Under the pieces are notes generated by a model, which did no database searches, was not told the DNA's origin, and saw only the letters and a program-made list of their open reading frames with translations. Shown one piece after another: positions 59,724 through 64,000 of a DNA stretch of 64,000 bases. This DNA is from Pseudomonadota bacterium (GTDB taxonomy: Bacteria; Pseudomonadota; Alphaproteobacteria; Rhodobacterales; Rhodobacteraceae): positions 3,850 to 67,849 of the forward strand of contig JBCBCY010000012.1 in the NCBI GenBank assembly GCA_038530285.1, in the 5' to 3' direction. Positions within the stretch are counted from its first letter, which is position 1, and each line of letters starts with the position of its first letter. The translations under genes were made by a program, and so were the position numbers.

Positions 59724-62700
59724 TCAAGATATGGCGGTGTCTTGTAACGCTTGCCTCACGATCTCGTGCGGGATGGGCATGAGCGTCGCGGTTTGGGTCC
59801 ACAATACGGCCGTCTCGATCCGCCGGTCAGGGTATAGATCGCCAAGGGCGGCCGCATAGGCCCCCAGTTGGCGAAGGATGCCACCCGGCGTTTCCGCAGG
59901 ACGCTCGGGCACCACGCGGTTGGACTTGAAATCAACCGCCAAGACGTGGTCTGGCCGGATCACAAGCCGGTCGATGGACCCCGTCAGCAGGGCACCATCA
60001 AAGATTGCCGGAGAGGCCACGATATCAACTTCGGCCAGGCTGTCAGGCCCAAAGAGGTGGGAAAGATCGTCTTGTGCGAGAAGCCTCAAGGCGGTTTGTG
60101 CCGCTTCGGCAGACAGATCGGCAGGACCATCGGCCAGCAATTTCTGGGCGATGCGGGCGCGATCGGCTTTCGGTGTCTGTGGCAGATGCTCCAGCAAAAG
60201 GTGCAGAGCAGAACCAAATGCCAGCGCCGCGTCGGTGTCGGCACCTTCATCCCCGGGCAAGGCCTTGGCCCCACCGAGCTTTGATGGCGCGATCACCTGA
60301 GGTTTGGCCGGCATCGTCCGGGGCACATCCAGCCAGTCGGGCAGCGCGGTCTTGGTGGCCGCATGGTCTGCTTTTGCCACCAGTGGACGATCCCAGATGC
60401 CTTCGCTGTAGCGGTCAAATGCCGTGCCATCGACATGGTTGGCCTGAGTGGTCGGCCCGGCTTTGGCCACGCCCGCTGCGATCTTTTCATACCAGGTTTC
60501 GCCCTGCTTCGGCGGCTTGCCCGCGCCGCCAACCACCAGCCAGTTTTCGGCCCGGGTCATCGCGACATACATCAGGCGATGCGCCTCCTCACGGCGCTTT
60601 GCGGTTTGGGCCGTCGAAGCGGCCTCTAGCGCGGCGGGCCGGTCTGCGGCTGCGGCATGCATGAACGGCCTGCCATCTTCGCCAAACAGAAGCGTTTCCG
60701 GGCGCGATTTGTCCGAAATCGCGTCCAGGATCATGACAATCGGACTTTCGAGACCCTTGGCGCCGTGGACCGTCATCATTCGAATACCAGCATCAGCCGC
60801 CGGGGCCTGGCGTTTGATTTCAATCTCGCTGGCCGAATACCACGCAATGAAGGCGGTCAGGCTTGGTGCAGCACGGCTTTCAAACAGCAAGGCTTGCTGC
60901 AGCAGGACGTCAATCGCCTCTTCGGTTTCGTCCCCCAGCCGCGCGAGAAGCCTGGCGCGGCCGTCATGGCGGGTTAAAAGCCGATCCATAATCTCATACG
61001 GGCGCAGAAAGTCCGCCTGCCCGCGCAGATCGTCAAGCACCGCAACGGTGTCGGCATGGTCGCCACGCGCATTGCGCAGCGCGGTCCAAAGGTAGGCCCC
61101 GCCTCGGTCATGCGCCAACCTGTAAAGCGCATCTTCCGACCAGCCGAATAGCGGGGACCGCAGCGCCTCGGCCAGTGCAAGGTCGTCTTCAGGCAGGGCC
61201 AGAAACCGCAAGACCGACATGATGTCTTCGACGCCCAGGTCGTCTTGCAGAAGCAACCTGTCCGCGCCTGCGACCTGCAAGCCCGCTTCCTTGCAAGCCC
61301 GGATCGTCTGGTGAAACAGCGGCGAGCGTTTGCGGAAGAGTAGCAGAATATCACTGGGCTCAACCGGGCGAGACCGCCCGTTTTCAGCCGGAATAGTCTC
61401 TGTTTTCAGCCAATGAGCAATCTCTGCTGCTGCTCTTCGTGCCAGCCGGACCGCCGGCGCACTTTGCCCCGGCACATCGCATGGGTCGCTCCAGTCGGGG
61501 TCCGCTGCCGCCTCTCCCGGTTCTTCGATAGGCCACAGATCAACCCGGCCGGGCAGGCCTTCGTGAAAAGCGATATGGTCCGACCCGGACCCGACCCCCT
61601 GCCCGTCGAGCGGCGCAAGCACCTGGTCGACCACCCGCAAGATCGCCGAAGATGACCGAAACGAATATGACAGCTCGCGCGGGTTCAGCGCCCCGCCAAG
61701 GCGGCGTTCAAAATGGTCGGCCATCCGCTCCATTTCGCGGGGGTCCGCGCCCTGAAACGAATAGATCGATTGCTTTAAATCACCGACCACGAAGATCGAC
61801 CGGGGGATGCGGGTTTCAGCCCCCTGCCCCGATATCAGTTCCTGGGTCAGCTTTTTGATCAGACGCCACTGGGCCGGACTGGTGTCCTGGGCTTCGTCGA
61901 CCAGCACATGTTCGATATCACCATCGATCCGGTACAGGACCCAATTGGCAACCGATGCGTCTGACAAAAGCCTGTCTGCCCGCGCGATCAGGTCATCAAA
62001 GTCGAGAACACCAAGAGCGGCCTTGGCCCGTTCATAAGCGGGCAAAAGCGCTGCGGCGAAACTTTGCAAGGCCAGTGTTTGGCCAAGCGCATCAAGGGCC
62101 AGGCGCGGCTCACGCAGGTCTTCGGCGCGTTGCATCATTGCGTCTAGCGCCTCGGCGTCTGCGTCCATCGCTTTTCGCGTTGGTCCGGTTGGGTACTTGC
62201 CAACCTTTGCGCAAAACGGAGCGTTTGCCTTCTCTCCATAAATGAAAATACCTTCCAGCACCGTATGGTCGGCAGGCTTCAGATTGTCCGGATCGACGGC
62301 GGCGAGCTTTTTGTGATCACGCTGATCGTTTTTGCCACCATCACCGAGGCCAGCCTTGAGGGACCTCAAGACTTCGCGACCCCCAATACCGACAAGCCGG
62401 TCGATCAGAACCGCAGGCGTCAGCGCCGGATCAACACCCAATTGTTCGGCCACGCTGTTCAGGGTGGGATTGGTCGGGAATGCCTCGCGCTTGGCGATGA
62501 TCGCACGCGCAATGCCATCAAGGTTATCATCACTGTAAAAGCGGGCCATTTCCGCGACGATGTCAGGCGCTTCGACCGCCATGCGGTCCACGATATCCCG
62601 GCGCAGGTCAGCCGCAGCCTCATCATCCAGTTCGCGAAAGTCCGGACTGATGCCAGCTTCCAGCGGAAAACGGCGCAGAATGCTGGCGGCAAAAGCGTGG

Positions 62701-63059
62701 ATGGTCTGGATTTTCAGCCCACCGGGCACTTCGATGGCGCGCGCAAACAACGTGCGCGCCTCGGCCAGATCAAGCGGCCCCTCTACGCCCGCTTCGGAAA
62801 GTTCTGCAGCCAGCTTTTCGGCGGGCAACATTGCCCATTTACCAAGCCGCTTGAACAGTCGGTTCTGCATCTCGGCGGCGGCGGCCTTGGTATAGGTCAG
62901 GCAAAGGATTGACTGTGGATCGACGCCCAGCAGCAACAGTCGCGCGACGCGGTCGGTCAGGACTTTGGTCTTGCCTGACCCGGCGTTCGCCGTCAGCCAG
63001 GTGGAGGCCAGCGGGTTTGACGCCGCAATCTGGGCGCGGGTGGCGTCGTTCAATGTCAC
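59724..63059 (-). CDS. addA: Double-strand break repair helicase AddA (UvrD/Rep family + nuclease domain)
   Basis: Walker A ANAGSGKTKVL, DEAQDTS and MTVHGAKGLE helicase motifs, and a C-terminal PD-(D/E)XK-like IDRLV...DFK. The probable start is the GTG at 63059, which overlaps the addB stop (GTGA). The track ORF extends to 63101. Confidence 0.92.
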   Translation of the reverse strand: MTLNDATRAQIAASNPLASTWLTANAGSGKTKVLTDRVARLLLLGVDPQSILCLTYTKAAAAEMQNRLFKRLGKWAMLPAEKLAAELSEAGVEGPLDLAEARTLFARAIEVPGGLKIQTIHAFAASILRRFPLEAGISPDFRELDDEAAADLRRDIVDRMAVEAPDIVAEMARFYSDDNLDGIARAIIAKREAFPTNPTLNSVAEQLGVDPALTPAVLIDRLVGIGGREVLRSLKAGLGDGGKNDQRDHKKLAAVDPDNLKPADHTVLEGIFIYGEKANAPFCAKVGKYPTGPTRKAMDADAEALDAMMQRAEDLREPRLALDALGQTLALQSFAAALLPAYERAKAALGVLDFDDLIARADRLLSDASVANWVLYRIDGDIEHVLVDEAQDTSPAQWRLIKKLTQELISGQGAETRIPRSIFVVGDLKQSIYSFQGADPREMERMADHFERRLGGALNPRELSYSFRSSSAILRVVDQVLAPLDGQGVGSGSDHIAFHEGLPGRVDLWPIEEPGEAAADPDWSDPCDVPGQSAPAVRLARRAAAEIAHWLKTETIPAENGRSRPVEPSDILLLFRKRSPLFHQTIRACKEAGLQVAGADRLLLQDDLGVEDIMSVLRFLALPEDDLALAEALRSPLFGWSEDALYRLAHDRGGAYLWTALRNARGDHADTVAVLDDLRGQADFLRPYEIMDRLLTRHDGRARLLARLGDETEEAIDVLLQQALLFESRAAPSLTAFIAWYSASEIEIKRQAPAADAGIRMMTVHGAKGLESPIVMILDAISDKSRPETLLFGEDGRPFMHAAAADRPAALEAASTAQTAKRREEAHRLMYVAMTRAENWLVVGGAGKPPKQGETWYEKIAAGVAKAGPTTQANHVDGTAFDRYSEGIWDRPLVAKADHAATKTALPDWLDVPRTMPAKPQVIAPSKLGGAKALPGDEGADTDAALAFGSALHLLLEHLPQTPKADRARIAQKLLADGPADLSAEAAQTALRLLAQDDLSHLFGPDSLAEVDIVASPAIFDGALLTGSIDRLVIRPDHVLAVDFKSNRVVPERPAETPGGILRQLGAYAAALGDLYPDRRIETAVLWTQTATLMPIPHEIVRQALQDTAIS

Positions 63060-64000
63060 TGACCGACCCTTTCGGTTTCCGGACCATCGGCTTCGTCCCA
63101 TTCGCCGTAACGTGCCAGATGATCGTAGTCGCCCCGATATTCCTTTTTTTCGATGATGCGGCGCGACGTATAGCCCAGTGCGGAATTCCGGTATGCCGCC
63201 AAAAGCTGCGCAAAATCCTTCGAAACAGTCTCTATTTCAGCCCAACCCGTGCTTTCAGCGCCCAAAATCAGCGGCGCCTTGGCCTTGTCTGACCCCAGGC
63301 CAATATAGCCCACCTTTTGCGGCGTCATCGCCTCACCGAAGGCGCCCCGCGCTACCATCATCGCTTCGAGCAAGAGTTGCCGGTCGTAGTGCTGCATCTG
63401 CTTGGGGGTCGGAAGGCTGCCGGATTTATAGTCGTAGATTGCCACCTGCCCGCCCGCCAGACGGTCGATCCGGTCGACCTTGCCGACAAGTGTGAACGGC
63501 GGCGCGCCAAAGGTCAGTTCGGCTTTTTCTTCGCGGATCAGGATGTGGCCCTCGGCCTGGCGCCGGGCTTCGTCATTGAGGAAGTCAGCGGCGATCTTTT
63601 CAAGCCGTGCCAACCACAAATGGCGGGTCACGGGCCAGGGCACCATTTGGTCGAAAACCTCGGCCGCGGTCGCCATCAGTCGTGCAGTATCAGCCTGCCT
63701 GTCACCGCTTAGCGGGGTTGCGGTGAAGCGATCGGCGACCTCATGAAGTGCAATGCCACGCAGGCGCGCGTCTGGCTCGGCGGGGGGTTGGGGAATGGCT
63801 GCAAGCTTCAGGACGTGTTTGGCATAAATTTCAAACGGGTCGCGGATAAGCCGCTGGATCTCGGTCACCGACAGGCGGGTCGGGCGCACCAGCGCGGGCG
63901 GAGCGGGCGCGGGTCGCGGTGCGGGTGCTGCTATGGGCAGCCGCCGGTCGATCTGTTGGGCAAGGTCGATCCAAACCTGCCCGCGTGCCTTCGCAGCGTC
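63056..64000 (-). CDS. addB: Double-strand break repair protein AddB, C-terminal part (5' end beyond the window)
   Basis: The frame is open to the window edge with no stop. C-terminal PD-(D/E)XK nuclease block LVGKVDRIDRL...IYDYKSG. Immediately upstream of addA, as in alphaproteobacterial addBA operons. Confidence 0.85.
   Translation of the reverse strand, partial: DAAKARGQVWIDLAQQIDRRLPIAAPAPRPAPAPPALVRPTRLSVTEIQRLIRDPFEIYAKHVLKLAAIPQPPAEPDARLRGIALHEVADRFTATPLSGDRQADTARLMATAAEVFDQMVPWPVTRHLWLARLEKIAADFLNDEARRQAEGHILIREEKAELTFGAPPFTLVGKVDRIDRLAGGQVAIYDYKSGSLPTPKQMQHYDRQLLLEAMMVARGAFGEAMTPQKVGYIGLGSDKAKAPLILGAESTGWAEIETVSKDFAQLLAAYRNSALGYTSRRIIEKKEYRGDYDHLARYGEWDEADGPETERVGQ

Overview
This is a high-GC alphaproteobacterial (Rhodobacteraceae-like) chromosomal core segment. 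It is densely packed with housekeeping genes and spans the predicted chromosomal replication origin. Left to right it contains: rimP-nusA-ylxR-infB (minus strand); a DUF1800/DUF1501 pair; pip, ubiG and comF-grxC-C/N hydrolase-marR; hemH; a tetR/pspA-like/yiaAB-like module; L,D-transpeptidase and CAP-domain genes; a heterodimeric ABC exporter; cca, two Nudix genes and hslO; a receiver-PP2C/Hpt pair; argG, msrA, maeB and mutS; grpE-hrcA; rph-rdgB-hemW; parB-parA-rsmG-mnmG-mnmE-rho-hemJ; an AT-rich oriC-like gap; maf-aroE-coaE-dnaQ; secB and fxsA; tim44-like-mltA-smr; an MFS gene and a DUF900 gene; hslV-(membrane gene)-hslU; trxA; and addB-addA. I found no rRNA, tRNA, CRISPR array, transposase, integrase or obvious horizontally acquired island. 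I cannot point to a clear-cut new multi-gene system. The observations most worth follow-up are these: (1) four copies of a TGAAC-N3-GTTCA palindrome that tie a TetR regulator to a PspA/IM30-like plus YiaAB-like membrane-stress pair; (2) a polytopic membrane protein gene translationally coupled between hslV and hslU; (3) the oriC candidate between hemJ and maf, with two perfect palindromes; (4) a hairpin-rich leader ending in a terminator-like hairpin directly upstream of rimP; (5) a small AT-rich islet with an unannotated 45-codon ORF downstream of infB. Many long ORFs in the track are antisense or N-terminally over-extended artefacts typical of high-GC DNA, and I rejected them. All family assignments come from motif recognition by eye, not from database searches.
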